Under the pieces are notes generated by a model. The model saw only the letters and a program-made list of their open reading frames with translations, ran no database searches and had not been told where the DNA came from. From assembly GCF_018977255.1 (NCBI RefSeq), contig NW_024704742.1, positions 106,580,001 to 106,640,000 of the forward strand: a DNA stretch of 60,000 nucleotides. The letters run 5' to 3'. A program made the position numbers and the translations under genes. Shown piece by piece: positions 40,176 to 53,351 of this stretch (position 1 is the first letter of the stretch; each line of letters opens with the position of its first letter). Source of the stretch: Callorhinchus milii (Eukaryota).

Positions 40176-43100
40176 TATATACTATGAAACTCTTATCAGT
40201 TATTTTTATAAAAGACTCGGGCATGGGCCACCACCAGGAACAGTTCTTTATTCAAATATTTCTTTTTCTTTCCTGTCTCTGCTTTCCACTTAAGTGTTTC
40301 TGTACTTTGTCAGGCTATTAATCTTGAACTTGCCACCAGGAAGGAGAGGGTGAGCAGAAGTTAAGCACTTCTCTACATAGAAGAACAAAAATCAATCAAA
40401 GTCACCCTGAGGTATTTCTACATGCTTCCTGACACCCAAATGCACTGGAAAACCCTGAAATCAGGTTAGTTCCCACCCTCTAGGCCAGGAATTATTCAGG
40501 GAGACCTACAATGGGAAGAAAGTAAGACAATTTCCAAACTCATATAAGAATAAGTTAACTACAAAGAGTACAATATCATTATATAACAGACGTGCTGAGG
40601 TGACTGAAGGCTGAGCCAGTATCACAACTGTCATAGGTATTGTGGGGTTGAAATTCTGGTAGCCAAACAGTACTTGAATAAAAGGGTCTGGATGGTGGTC
40701 CCATATATATTTCTCAGTCTCAGTCTGTAGCAAAGTGAAAATCAGATGGCAGGATCATAGAAAATCATAAGGCATTTTCAAGATGAGGCTGTAATCCTAG
40801 ATTAACCAGGTAGTGAGATAATAATTGTTGCTTGGACATGTCCACCCTACATAAACCATAAATTGACAGAAAATGAACCACAAACGTATCAGTCCAAGTT
40901 GTTGGAGCTGTGAGCTGAGCTCCACCAACATCATTGATGTTTAGTACATAATTTTGATCCCTAAAAGAGTAAACTTTTTAGGTTGGAGGCGTAGGACGAG
41001 TGGAGCTCGAGTTAGTGCAGAGATGTATTTTAGGACACTCACTGCAGGAATAGAGCACGTGATCTAGGAAATGTCACATTGATACAACAACAACAAAAAT
41101 TACATTTGTATAGCACCTTTCAAGTCGGGAGGACATCCTGAGGCCCTGGTATTAGGAAATAGGAACATGCAAAAAGACCGTGAGAATCCTGCTCAGTCTG
41201 ATTTTCAAATAACATCTCTTCCTATCTCACATAATCCTCAAACTCCTTCACCAATTTACAATTACTGCCATAGCACTGCTAGAGAGCTGTGTGGTATTTG
41301 GCTAGACCAAAGAGGGTAGCATGCTAACTGTTTTTACTGAGCAAAGCAAGCAAAGCAAATGAACCATTGCACATGGTGCCAGTCAAGCATATGGAAAGGG
41401 TATTATAATAATACTAATTAATCCTTGCATATGATATAGTACATTATCACATTGTCATGAAGTCTCAAAACACTTCATAGGATATACTGTAAAGTAGTGT
41501 GACTGTGTAGGTACAAAAACCTTGAGTGTTTCAACTAGAGTGGCGTTGGATAAAAAGGGATCTATTAGTGGCCTTCAAAATACCGAAATGTTTTAACAGG
41601 ATAGTGAAGGAACAGGTATTATAGAATTTGCAACACAGAAGGAGGCCATTCAGCAGCCTATTTAATGCTACTTCCCTGCCCTTTGCCCATATCCATAATG
41701 CTACTATTTGTAGGAGGCTGATATTTTGTTCACCAGGTTCATCAAGCCATTTCTGAATAGTCTTATTAACTGTCCCAGTTACACTGATCTGATGATTACA
41801 GGAACTATGTTTGTTCTATACTGCCACATACATCCTCATTCCAAGTTTTATTATTAATTGGACATTGATAATTTTTGTAGTACTTTTCTGGCCTAAATGG
41901 GTGCAAAGTGTGCCTACAAAAACAATCACTGAAGCATCACCTTGTTAAACATTGCTATAGATCAAAACCAATGACAGTAAATACTTGTAGAGGGCTTTGA
42001 GTCATTTTAATGTGACAAGACTCTATAAAAATGCAAGTTCCTTCTTCCTTTATGGCAGAAGATCGATACTGGAGGAAAGTGAGGCTTAAAAGTGAAACTG
42101 TGATTGAGGTGTTATTGTATCCTCAAGGAGATTCAACATCATGACCACTCCTTTGGCAGTGAGCGTTAGATCACTAGGAACATCCAGGCATTGGTTCTCT
42201 GTATATTAGGGAAACACCAAAACACTGTATTCTGCCCCATGATTTGTTTTATGTATTCTAAGCAAAATACCCAGTTTAATATTTGGAATTGCAATTATTT
42301 AGGCATTGGTATATAACAGCAAATATTTGTGAACTCAATATAAATAAGTGGTGCATTGCCTGGACTGAACTTTTGATGATAGAATTCATAAACTGTTCAT
42401 GCATAGTCACCAGATGGAGGCAGTGGCCTAATTTTACAGTTTAATTAGTGTGTAGTGTATAGAGAATATTCTGCGTCATTGGTGGCTTACACCTTAGTGT
42501 AATCCTATCAGATCATTGGCCTGTGGAAATTGGAGATGGCAGATATGCACCAACCCTCAAACATTCATTATTTCTGTGCTGTTGTTATTCCAGACCTGTC
42601 ATTTGCAAAATCGAATGATATACTTTCTATCAAAGCTGTCATCCTGAAGAGTTCAGCTGGATCTGAGACCAGAAAGTACTTTGTTCATAAACACAGAAAT
42701 CTTTCCAAGTCTATACATCATGTCTAACATTATCCACCTTGGGGAGAGGGAAGGTGTTAAACCTTGTGGGGATGAACTCTATCCAAGGAGACATTTCAGG
42801 TGAAGCCAGGCAGGTCTGCAATAATCATTGCTGATGGTTGTCTAGTCTGTCTGACCGATTCATTAATAAGGCTTGGCGATGCAGGCATGCAATGGAGCCT
42901 AAACTCTAACAGTTGGGACTGTTCTAGCTAGATATATACCCTGAAATGTACCAGTGCTTCCAACTGATAAACTATACAGTTTCAAGGCCCATTTCAAGAG
43001 CTTCCTCCTTGATTGTGCTTTTGGTCATTTTCTCAAGCCCACCCTCCTTGCTCTCCACCCGTCTTGAATCTAAGCAATGTTTTGAAGGAGTATAAAATGT

Positions 43101-44351
43101 TATCTTATTTACGTCTTAGATGGAATATTACTACTGGATGGAAGGATGATACAACTGACATGCATCGAATGAAGGTAAGAGATGAACTTCATCCTCAATC
43201 ACTATTTGCAAGCATCACCACAGTTAAACCCCTACCCCCACACCCCCATTCACACCTTACTGTCTCCGAGTCTGTCAGCAAACACAAATCAAGAATCAAT
43301 GAACAGTAACTTATTATTCCTTCATGAATAGATAATAATAATAATAATCCTTGCATTTGGTAAAGCACCATTCACGGCTTCTCAAAGTGTTTCACAGAAT
43401 ATACTGTAAAGTGAATTTATTGTGTATTTTGTGGGCGAAACATGGCAGCCAATTGCTCACAGCAGTGTCCCACAAACAGCCGTGGACAATAAATGCAACT
43501 GTGGATACCTATCCATTGCATTGTTTGTTAAATGTGCACAATAAAGCAAAATATCCTTTCTCTTTGAAAAGTTTAAATTAAACATCACTCAATGGCTAAC
43601 AACAGAATTCCATAACAGATCACAATTATATAAAAAGGCACAATCAAAATCCCTGTGATTGACTTTTGAGAATGCATTGTTTTTCACATCTTCAATTTTT
43701 TTTCTTTTAAGGTGTCAAACATTAACTGTATGCACAAAATATTTCTCTCTCACTGTTCATCATAGCCATCAAAACTCCTTTAATGAAACCCAAACTGTTT
43801 TAATAGTCTGGCAACTCCAGTGTTTACATTTTCCATACCACATGCATGCATTTAGTTTTGGCATATACAGCATTTTTTCATTTGTGGTCAGCATTTTCTT
43901 AATGCACAATTTTCAAATATTGCTCAGGTTTACAAAATTAATAACACGCAATAAAGCTGTGTTGTGTAGGTTCCATCCATTGTAGAGGCATTGCAAATAG
44001 GAACGTTTGTTTTTATTGATGTCGCAGAAGGTGTACTTCCCAAAGTCTCATAATGCAAGTTCCAAACAACTCCTAGATGGAGCTGAAACTCATGGTTGCA
44101 TAAGGTGACATGCAGTGACCAATAAATCACTAATCGGTCTATTAGTTTCTAACACTGAGAGATTATTGGAAATTGAGTTCAGCCCAGGATGATTTCATTA
44201 CTTTGGTTCACTAAATAATAACATCAGTCATGGATTATTCATGCAGGGTGTCAGAATTCTTTATTTTGGGGAAAGCAATAAACAGCTGGACTGGATACCA
44301 GGAAGAAGAGGCCAGACACTGGCCTTACAAATCTACAAACACTTTGAAAAC

Positions 44352-45077
44352 CCAGGTTACGACTCCCTCATTTGGCACCATGTAGTGCCAAAATCTTATC
44401 ATTAAACTTCAATATCTTCACACTCGCATTCACTCAAATCTAACTATCTATGGGAAGATCTTGACAAACCGTTTTTGGTGTTTACTCAATATTGACACTC
44501 AATATTATTGTTTTTATGTATCTAAATGTTCATTATTTAAATTTGTAAGGACTAAATTAAATTAAAAAATGTAAGTCCTTAAAATTAAAGGACATAAATT
44601 TGTAAGCAATAGCTAGATGCTGTAACGGGATGACATATAAGATTGCTTTTATGGAAGGGTGAGACAAAATAGGGCGAAGGGCTAAAAGCATAAGGTCAAA
44701 AACATAGCAGTGTCTTTACTGCAGAAATAAAAACTGTCTGACAAAATAGCATCAATCACCATGATTGGCTCCTATATACACATCTACACCAATGCATTAT
44801 ACAATAATGCTATAACATACAATCCTGTAGAATAGTTCAACAGTCAAAGTAACAAGGCATCTTGTTACTTGCTATATCAACGAGAATCTAGGTGACAGCC
44901 CGACTGTTTGCACCATGGATACAATACTGAGTGTTAATATTGAGTAGATATCCAACACTGTTTGTCAAGGATCCTCCAGCAGATAGTTCGATTTGAATGA
45001 GTGAATGCCGTGATAACATGTTTAGGTTTAATCTTACGATGTGGGCACAACATGGTGCCAAATGAGTCGTAATCTGG
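44352..45077. repeat. diverged inverted repeat, arms about 155 bp
   Basis: 44352-44506 aligns to the reverse complement of 44923-45077 (ttacgactc..catttggcaccatgt.gtgcc; aactatct; cttgacaaac; tactcaatatt.acactca). Confidence 0.85.
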
Positions 45078-46049
45078 ATTTGTAAAGGATTTATAAATAT
45101 TGAATACGGCTGTAATCAGATGTATATCATGTGCCTGGAAGAAAATTGTGTTGAAGCAGAATTCCCACAGGTTGGTGTGACGTACATCTGGCAGGATAGT
45201 TACCAACACTTTGCAAATTCAAGTTGAGACTCTTGTGTTTTGAACTCTATTGCCAAAGCAGACTATTTTTAGGACTTAATGACAGCTTCATGCCACATAA
45301 CTAGTGTGACCTTGTTCATTGTCAAACAGAAGAGTCATTTCTGGAATTAATTCCTTATATCATTTTGACAGCAAGCAATCAAGACATAGGAATTGCTCCT
45401 TCACAATGCACTCCATAAATAAAATGAAATAGGTACTTCCCCAATCTCCTGTAACGGGCCTCCCTGATATTATTCTGTGAAATGTTTTAGCCACATGCTG
45501 CTGCTCCCCTCACATCGCCCATAATTTCCTTTTCCATTCTACTTTTGAGGTATCTACCTTTTTTTTGTTAGTTTGCCTCTATGTAATTTCTTTTTCTAAT
45601 TTCCATTTTTCACTCAGTTGATTTTTATTTAGCTATTTTTAATTCAGTTTTACAGATTTTCCAATCTGCTTCTTTACCTATTATGTGCAATATATTTACA
45701 TTCGCTTTTACTGCTCTTTTCAACTTTCCTATTTGAACATTTGGGTTTTGATATAAACCTGCTAAAGCTCATTTTCAGTATGTTTATAATGGAGGAGATA
45801 CAGAGGTAATATGTTCTATACAAAGTAAGGTTTTTCTTTAAGAACATAAACAAGATGTCTCCTATCTGTTTTTCTTATCTTTCAATAGAGACTTATTGTT
45901 TTGGAGTTCTGCTTACATTGAGCCACCAATTAATTGTTTTACATGCAAACCTTCTTCATCCTAAACACTGTGATTTCCTTGTTGGTTGCCAATAACTAGT
46001 TGCTCATCTGGGTTTGATATCTCAGGTCCTCCCCCAAGACAATTGGAGT

Positions 46050-46300
46050 TTAAATTGATAACAAGTAATGCTTACATCTTGTGGTCAAATAGATTAGCCT
46101 CAACAAGTAGAGCATGTTTCCTGAAAGCAACCCAGTTATCTACAAATTCAATCTCTTCCCATACACATTCCTTTGCTAAGCACTGTTTGGAGTTGACTAT
46201 GATGCTCCTTGTCTCCATGGTGCCAGGTAGCACTGGAGAAACCCAGATACCACTAGCTTTACACTCTGATTAAATCTGAGCTGTCTATTCACCTTATCTC
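46050..46300 (-). mobile_element. degenerate CR1/L2 ORF1 esterase remnant
   Basis: Frameshifted KLVVSG.PVLP...CLAKECVWEEIEFVDNWVAF resembles the SGNH esterase of CR1/L2-clade ORF1. Confidence 0.45.
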
Positions 46301-48426
46301 TTCTGAGCTTGTGTCTCCCTTGTTCTGTATATTGCTAACCACATTAAACATATTGTTGGCAGTTGTTTCATCGTTATCCTTCAGAATTGTGAAAAGAGAA
46401 GAGCCGGGAAGAAAACTGGAGAAGAAACACTGGCAAAAATAAAAGGGCATACATAGGTTTAATTTTTTTTATTCATTTAAAAGTGTTAAAATAGTATCTC
46501 CTGTAGAGTATTAATATCACATGAATAAAGTAACCTCTGACATTTGTATTATTAAGGTATGTTTCAGCATCATCTTGTGCGAGCTGAAATATTAAAAACA
46601 TGCCTGGCTAAGGAAGCTTGGAATTCCTGGTAATTCTAGCAGTTTAAAGGTTAATACTTGTTCATGTTTCCTTCCGTTAAAAAATAATGTCCTATAAGCA
46701 TTATCCTCCATGCACACCTCATGCTTGCTATACAAGAGAGACAGCACAAGCAAGACACATTTTTAAACAACAGTGCTTCACTCGTGCTAGCCAGGTTTGT
46801 TGATGTAGTCAATGACATTTCAGTTTGTTCTGATTCTGGAAGCAGGACAAAGGACTTCATCCAAACTACTCCTATGCAACTCAGAACCTCACTGTTGAAA
46901 CACTCCTACATCTGACATATCTTCAATCTTAAATTTAGCAACAAACGTGGACTAACTATACTATATACTATAACTATACTATTTTGTCTTAATGTTGTGA
47001 GTATAGGTCAAGGTGAGGGGTTGGGAACAGGAAGGTGTCAAAGTTGCATTATTATTGTATAAGTCAGTCTAAATACTGCTCATAGTATAATATGTGTTGG
47101 ATTCTGAGTCTATATCAGCTCCAACTGTTACACAGCACAAGACCCATTTCTTGATGGGCTCAATGGAAACGGAATAGTCAAATGAGCAGGCAATTCAGTT
47201 TCTTTGTAACCGATTTTTGTTCCAAATTTACTCCCCAGTAGCCATAAATAACTATGGTGATTCTACATATTGAGTCATGTAACCCAGCTACACATCAGCT
47301 AAATGCAGCTTGCTTGGAATAGTACATGCCAGACACCCACTACTGAGCGCAATAACAAGCTGAAAATGAACCGAAGTGTAAATTAAGCTATAAAAAGTTA
47401 TAAATAACAATTGAATGATTAAAAGCAAATCATGTATTCAAACGTTTGAATAACAATAAACTGGGAGTTTGTTGAGGTGCATGATACTATTTGATCACCT
47501 CCAACTTGCAATTGCTCTCTCCAAATGTTTATCCTCTATCTAATGTATGCAGAGGATGCTGGTCTCCTGCACTGTGCAGTGAAATAAAACTTAATATTAG
47601 AAAAATTCAGATTCAGACACTTTTCATTCAAATCATCTGATTTGATTATTGGCAAAGAGAAGGGCTGAAAACAGGGTAATACTGCCCCCATATGTTTCAA
47701 AGTGATGTGGAATAACACTGGGCAAATTGCTTGTCAATGACTAGACACACATTGAGTTTAAGTTGTCAAATTTTTGCCATCACAATTTCTCAATGCCTTC
47801 CTGCCTGGTTATGCATGCCAGGCCTGCATATTCAACCATCTATTTCATTGAACAAATCCCATGACTTGCACTATAGAGCTTTTCACATTTTGTGCTGTTT
47901 CTTTAATGGTTTGTAAAATCACACACAGCTCTTAAACAGCTTTCTGCTTTTCATATACTGCAAATCGGCTCACAGTACATGTTTTCATTCCTTCATTCAC
48001 TTTTTTGAGTACTCAAATTAAATTGAAAAACAAAAAGCAATATCACATTAGCCCTACAAGAGATACAATTGAGTTTTAGCATTGTTGAATATTTACTCAT
48101 GGTGTATCCTCCTGTAAATTGTGTGACCTTACTGTATTGTAGTCGTCTCATCGCAGTCACCTCCCACAGTCAATCCCATTTCAAAACTCATTTTAGCAGT
48201 CAGCATGTTTTTCCTTTTATTGAGATTACAGTAATTTGTTACAAAAATTATAAATGACAGAAATTGAGTACGGCTGTAATTTAATATCATCTGAATCCCA
48301 AAAGTAAATTAAATGTCTGATGACTCACTCCCAACCATCCACAATTTAAAATACTAGCATTTCAAGATTACATTCTGAAGATTCTTAGAAATTGGAACTG
48401 AATTCTTCTGAGAAAACAAAGGCAAT

Positions 48427-48933
48427 TTAGGAGAGCCTTGATGGGCGAAATCCGGAGTATGAACCCTTAGGATCAGGAAAAGCAGCTCTGATTTTCCACA
48501 CGCAGCAGCTGGGAATGATACGCTTGTTGCCAGTTCCCAAACATCCATGCTGCCACATAATGTACTGCCTGTATGCTGCATGTCTCAGCTCACTGTTGTG
48601 GCTATCATTGGAGAATGCATGCAGGCCAAATAATTCATTTCGATAATTCAACATCAGTTGCAGCACTGCTTCATTCAAGCATAGGTTGGCCATAGCAGAG
48701 CTTATACTTATGCAATGTTGCTCTGTTTTCCCGCAGCACACTTTCTCTATGTCTGTAAGCATCTCCCTACACAGGCCACACAAACACCAATCGGGGATGC
48801 TTGAGGAAGCCTCATGGACGGAACAACTTGGTGTAGCATCCTGTAGGAGGTCTATGATCAACCCAGGATTCCTCTTTACCAACCGCACAAAAATAGCTTC
48901 CAGCTTTAAACGGTCAAGTCTGGATGCCAAGTT
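48427..48933 (-). CDS. P2X7-ballast/nanor-like gene, coding exon 2 (Cys-rich Zn-coordinating domain)
   Basis: tttctttgcag|NLASR...WCLCGLCREM...VCC...HC...LRHAAYRQY...IPSCCVWKIRAAFPDPKGSYSGF, the motif order of the P2X7 C-terminal ballast; 106-nt GT-AG intron; AATAAA on - at 48216-21. Confidence 0.9.
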   Translation of the reverse strand, partial: NLASRLDRLKLEAIFVRLVKRNPGLIIDLLQDATPSCSVHEASSSIPDWCLCGLCREMLTDIEKVCCGKTEQHCISISSAMANLCLNEAVLQLMLNYRNELFGLHAFSNDSHNSELRHAAYRQYIMWQHGCLGTGNKRIIPSCCVWKIRAAFPDPKGSYSGFRPSRLS

Positions 48934-49039
48934 CTGCAAAGAAATATACAGAGTGGGTAAGAATACCAAGTATTCCTTGTTTTTCCTTTACAAAGTTTCT
49001 ATTTCACTTGCCCATCTTTTGCTATTCCTGTTCTTTTAC

Positions 49040-49264
49040 CTGGATTTCTTTCTCAATTTCCTCCTCAACCTTTTTCTGTTCTTCCTTATATTGCAGAGCT
49101 GAATTGGTGCTTGTGTTTGAATCGTCCTTATGGCATTCCTGTGTCATTTTCTTGCTGGTGGATGATATGGATCTGCGATATGGAGCACGGCATTTTGTTT
49201 TGGCTCTTGCTCGTTGTGGTCCTTTTCCTCTTCTCCCACGCACACTGGATTGGCCCCTGTTCAT
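49040..49264 (-). CDS. P2X7-ballast/nanor-like gene, coding exon 1 (basic then charged segment)
   Basis: ATG at 49264; MNRGQSSVRGRRGKGPQRARAKTK...EEIEKEIQ|GTAAAA; phase 0, 75 codons. Confidence 0.75.
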
Positions 49265-51065
49265 TATTATTATTGTTAACACTTAACAGCACATGCATTG
49301 AATTGTCTCCTTAAATGCAATATATAGTCCACAGTCGGTCCTTACTTAGCATTCCTTTACACCTTTGTGTGTGGAACTATTACACCTGTTGCTGGAAATA
49401 TATTTCTAATTGTTTTATTAGAAATATATTTTTTAAACAAATGTAATAAATAATAACCTTACATTTGGTAAAGCACCTTTCATCTCTTGAGGACGTCTCA
49501 AAGCTCTTCATAGGATGTACTGTGAAGCAGAGTGACACTGTTTTCTACACAAAACTAAGGCATGTGTTATGGCCTCTTACACCAATGCTTTATGCTTTAT
49601 ACCAAATTGTTTTTCAAATGAGTAAAAATAGATATGATAACAGATGTCAGACACAGTTTCCCTAATTTTACTGCAGGTACTCTTTAAGCTTAATGTAATA
49701 ATGTAGGTCCTTCCAAGTGTTGGAATAGTTCTCCCTCAGGTATGTTTGAGGAATCCAGCAAATATTGGATCCAACTCAACTCATAACTCTCAAACTAAAT
49801 GTGGAGTTCTGAGATATCACACTGGACTCATTCAAATAGACTCTTGAGTCTCACACTGCTCCAGATTTGTTCAATTGAGAAAACAACTGCTACTATAATT
49901 CTAATGTGATATGTGCAAGGGAAAGTTATCATATGACATAAAACTAAGTAGACTAATTTGCAGTGGAGCCCCCTTTTCCCCCATTATAACCCTGGACCTG
50001 TAGCATAATATAAAGAGTGAATAAAGAGCTGCACAATAAATCTTAGTAGCCAAAATGCTAGTCGTCGATGATGGCTATGAACAGACCACAGTACAACTAA
50101 ACCAGACATTCTTCATAAAAACAAAATAACATAACTGCACATACTGTAAATTTAAATGTTGGTTGAGAATATATTGAAGGCTACAATGCATTCTCAGGCT
50201 TAAAATATTTCTCTTATTCTCTGCATGTGTTATTGAGCAAGTGGAGATTTTAATATTTAAGAATGCATGTTTATCCCTCAGCTTGCTCAATCTTTGCTCT
50301 CAAAATTCATGACATCACCCAACCTCCTTGAATTTGAATTATCCTTGTAACACACTCCTTGATATTTTGTTATTCTCTATGTAATTATAGTAAACAAGAA
50401 ATATTCAAATATAACAGTGACTGATATCCAACTTTTAAACTATTCTCTGAACTTACACAACAATAAAAATATGTGGACAATAGGAAAATATTATACTTTA
50501 ACATGTGCATAGTTAATCTGAATGTTACATGGAGGAATAGATATATGAGGACAGTGATGTAACTCTGATGTGTTAACATGTGCTGCATTAAAGCATGTCT
50601 CAGGGATTTGAAACTTCCTTATAATGGAAACAAACTTTGTTCCTGATTAGTCTGAACCAGCAAGCCAACTTCTATGAATAAATATTGAATTAAATTTTAT
50701 AAATGATATAGCTGCTCATAAATATGAGCAAGTCTAGAGTGTTTGGAAGAGTCTTCTGACAAATCGCAGAGCGAGTTGATAAGCAAGACATTTTTTGACC
50801 TTGAAATATCAGGCCTTACACTGCAACCTACTGGAGGCTGAGTGGAAGTGCAACTGACTAGAAAATTGGATTAATTTCTTTAAACTAGTGTTGTGCAATG
50901 AAATGGACAACTCTCAGGCTGTTCACAGGCAAGAACCTGCATCCTACCAAAGCATCACTTGCATCTCTCCACTATTCCACCAGCTCCTCCATGTCCTTCC
51001 CCACTGCAATTCAGTTTTCCCCATAGTGCTTTAATATTTATAGTTAGCAATTTCAGGAAACTTAC

Positions 51066-51100
51066 CGTATAATTTCATGTTTCTTGAGAAACGTAAGTTC
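51066..51100 (-). CDS. CIB1-like coding exon 2
   Basis: tttttgcag|ELTFLKKHEII+cg|gtaagt; 35 nt, like CIB1 DLTFLTKQEIL. Confidence 0.92.
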
Positions 51101-52627
51101 CTGCAAAAACAACAGAGTAACAACGAATTAAGATTAGGATGTGCCTCAACAAATCTTTCAGTTTTTTTCAGCTGAAAGATAACAACTAATGTCTACATTT
51201 TCTAGAATTAAGATGTTGGATTTGATTTAACATTTGACCTTGGAGATAGTAAAATTCCGATCTCTGCAGTTCTAAATATCCAGGGGTCCATTCCCTAGTG
51301 GATGGCAAAACAAGTATAAAATCTGATGTTTGCCAATCAGCCTAGGCTGTTTGTTGTCAAGTCTGTGCCACATGCACCATTCATTATGGTTGGTGTCGGG
51401 TGGGAGAGATTGTGAAGTAGAAGATCCATCAGTTCAGTGTCCTGGCCTCAAACCCCCTTCCTGGCAAACTGTCAGTAATTACCCTTCTGTAATTACTTCC
51501 TGGTATGTTATCTGAAATTGTCCTTTGCAAACCTATGTCCTCTTGCTCTATTGTCCACGTGCATCCTAAAGTGTTGATCTGGGTTTACTTTTTCAATCCT
51601 ATTTCTGATTGTGTACACCTTTATAATAAGGTCTCTTCTGAGTCATCTTCTCTCAGGACTGAAGATCCCTATAATAATAACATAATAATCCTTGTGTTTG
51701 ATATAGCGCCTTATCATGCCTTCGAGACATCTCAAGGCGCTTCACAGAATATACTGTAAGGTGATTTGACTGTATATTTTGTGGATGAAAAATATTTTTA
51801 AAAATCCCTAGCTTGTTGCTTATAGCTCATTTGAGCCCAAGGCCTTAATAACTCTGTCACTGATTGAATTCAGATTTTGGTGTTGGTGCAACTGTGCAGT
51901 GCAAAGAGTTAGAGGTAACCAATGGCCCAAATACAAGGTAAATATGTTTCTGTATGGTGCCTGAAATAGAAATCATGATGAGGTGTCACAGAAGTTATAA
52001 CCTATTGGAGCCTAAAATGATGCTGTCTCTTTCACAGTAGCTGACTGTTCTAGGAGATGAGGAAAAAACTAAATAATAAATATGGTGCCAAGTTAAAGCA
52101 GCACTCAGCAAATCTGACAAGTTATAAAACCTTTATGGCACCTTAACACATCCAAATGTCTTAAAGCACTTCACAGACCATTACTACCAGGTGTAGCGAT
52201 TATTTTTGTAGGCAAATGTGGAATCCATTTGAAGCACTGCAATACCCCACAAGCAACCATGAGGTGAATCATCAAGAAATCTTGAGGACTGTTGACCAAG
52301 ACAATGGGAAAAAACTCCTTCTTGTTTTCAAACCACGTTTAGAATCAACGACTGCCCAAACAGCCAGATGGGCTGTTGGTTCAACACTTGATCCGAAAGA
52401 TAATACCTCCAATAATGCAATCCCTCAGTGGCTACTGATGGTCAGTTTTATTTAATGCTGCACATATCTTTTAAAGTTTTTACATGTTGAAATTTCATTT
52501 GGTTTTGCAAGTTATTTTGTTATTATTGAAAATGTTTATGAAAAATGTATTTATCATTGGAAACGTTTATGAGATAAGGTATTAAAGGATTCTTTTATTA
52601 CTTTTCCCATTAAAATACTGCAAATGA

Positions 52628-53010
52628 CCACAACAATTGCATTTACAGAGAATAACATCTCAGAGTGCTTTACAGTGATGGGCAATCCAGATACCGAGCA
52701 AAGGAGGGGAGCGGGGGTGCCGAAGACAGATATAAAGGAGGTGAAGTGGAGAGGTCGAGGGAGAGAATACCTGAGTTTGGGGCGTAGAGCTTTTCCATTG
52801 ATGGTGAAGTGGGTAGCATGGCGTGAGCTCAGCAAGTCCGAGTTAGCCGAGCGGAGTGGACGATTAGAGGAGATTGGAGATAGGGAGATGCTGGGAAGTG
52901 AAGGGATTTATAGGTAAGAGTATGGAGTATGAAATCGATCTGCTGAGAGACAGGGAGGTAATAGGGAATGGCAAGGACTGGGGCAGTAGACATGCAAAGC
53001 CTGGTGAAGG
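52628..53010 (-). mobile_element. old L2 3' fragment
   Basis: Degenerate FTINGKAL and LPVSQQIDF remnants plus L2-type tail. Confidence 0.6.
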
Positions 53011-53351
53011 AACTCATGGTTCTTTTATTACTTTTGGTATTTTATCATTAAAATATTGATAAAAAAACAGCCACAACAGGAACAACAATTGCATTTACAC
53101 GGGGCCTTTCACATAGAATAACATCTCAGAGTGCTTTACAGTGGTGGTCCGGATACTGAACAGGGGAGAAGGGGGGAAGTGAACATAGGCGTGGTGGAAG
53201 AGAGCCCATCATTCCCATAATGTTTGGTTTCTGCATCACAAAAATACTTAACAGTGCCGGAGCTGGGTATTGGGAATGGGAGTAATATTGAGGGATTTGG
53301 GGGGGAAGAACTGAACAGAGAAGAATTAAATTGTTCCACGTGTAATGTTAC

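Noticed and set aside
44900..45350. Possible Penelope-like RT remnant on - (LQIQ..HLAPCCAHI, CWRILDK)
   Set aside because: Lacks the G.AMG and DD cores in both arms of the inverted repeat; similarity too weak
45099..48280. 17/18 match attga(a/g)tacggctgtaat at 45099 and 48263
   Set aside because: Plausible by chance in 60 kb of AT-rich DNA
48686..49314. Plus-strand ORFs of 138, 120 and 67 aa
   Set aside because: Antisense shadows of the ballast gene
46600..49700. Kolobok termini (TTAA plus inverted ends) around the ballast gene
   Set aside because: Candidate ttaaag and ctttaa sites do not form matching inverted ends, and no transposase remnant was seen
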